DNA from: an uncultured Chroococcidiopsis sp.
GTDB taxonomy: Bacteria; Cyanobacteriota; Cyanobacteriia; Cyanobacteriales; Chroococcidiopsidaceae
Direction of reading: 5' to 3'
Assembly: GCA_964248365.1 (NCBI GenBank)
Contig: CAXTYC010000021.1
Span: 1 to 64,000 of the forward strand
DNA: 64,000 bases
Part shown: piece by piece, positions 63,775 through 64,000 of the stretch
Layout of the letters: each line of letters starts with the position of its first letter
How positions within the stretch are numbered: the first letter of the stretch is position 1
Translations under genes and position numbers: made by a program
Notes under the pieces: generated by a model
Seen by the model: only the letters and a program-made list of their open reading frames with translations
Databases searched by the model: none
Told to the model about the DNA's origin: nothing

Positions 63775-63919
63775 TGGTGTGGCGAGGCGGGATTCGAACC
63801 CGCGATCAAGTTTCCTCGATACTGCTTTTCGATAACCCTCAATTCGTCGTCCTTTGCAGGCAAGGTATGAATAAAGGATGTTTTGAAGTTGCGCTTTCAA
63901 CCACTCAGCCACTCGCCAC
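63775..63919 (-). ncRNA. tRNA-like Y-RNA candidate with D arm, T arm and encoded CCA
   Basis: GTGGCGAG/CTCGCCAC + A + CCA; TGGCTGAGTGGTTGAAAGC D arm; GCGGG-TTCGAAT-CCCGC T arm; core CCTTGCCTGCAAAGGACGACGAATTGAGGGTTATCG. Confidence 0.8.
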
Positions 63920-63932
63920 ATGGATTGTTTTT

Positions 63933-63996
63933 GTAGGGGCGGGTTTAATAGGGATCTGTGCGGTTACACAGAAAATTTAGAAAAACCTACCCTTAC
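63933..63996. repeat. REP-like hairpin (degenerate)
   Basis: GTAGGGGCGGGTTT...AAACCTACCCTTAC with the same ACACAGAAAATT spacer as the 85-bp array. Confidence 0.7.
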
Positions 63997-64000
63997 AGGG

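Larger units (their letters stand above)
1..64000. other. HIP1 octamer GCGATCGC highly over-represented
   Basis: Dozens of copies throughout (e.g. 113, 4571, 4601, 8021, 63745); a cyanobacterial hallmark. Confidence 0.95.

Noticed and set aside
63524..63919. Ordinary tRNA genes or group I intron-containing tRNAs
   Set aside because: There is no 7-nt anticodon loop, and the inserts are far too short for a group I intron and share a conserved core tied to the TROVE locus.
63486..63980. Short ORFs 63486-63698, 63673-63921 and 63774-63980
   Set aside because: They are translations of the tRNA-like RNAs and REP repeats.

Overview
Cyanobacterial chromosomal DNA: the HIP1 octamer GCGATCGC is abundant, short tandem heptamer repeats and GTAG-type REP-like hairpins fill the intergenic space, and psbU, btpA, sasA, rimO-crhR and hpf are present. 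Most of the window is housekeeping or conserved cyanobacterial genes, with two tRNA-Leu genes. Small accessory patches include an orphan DNA methyltransferase, a DUF29/MarR patch after tRNA-Leu(CAA), a GtrA-oxidoreductase/GT-C/GH5-CBM32 cluster, and a CHASE2-GGDEF gene followed by a small secreted peptide. The standout is at the right end. A Ro60/Rsr (TROVE) gene is surrounded by at least four tRNA-shaped non-coding RNAs whose anticodon arm is replaced by a conserved tetraloop-capped module (CCT[T/A]GCCT-GCAA-AGGACGAAG...GGGTTATCG). This module resembles the bacterial Y-RNA Ro-binding helix, but the RNAs are circularly permuted relative to YrlA: they have open acceptor stems, and two carry an encoded CCA. 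A fifth, minimal copy of the hairpin sits just before the TROVE start codon, suggesting autoregulation. All family assignments come from motif recognition by eye; no database search was run.
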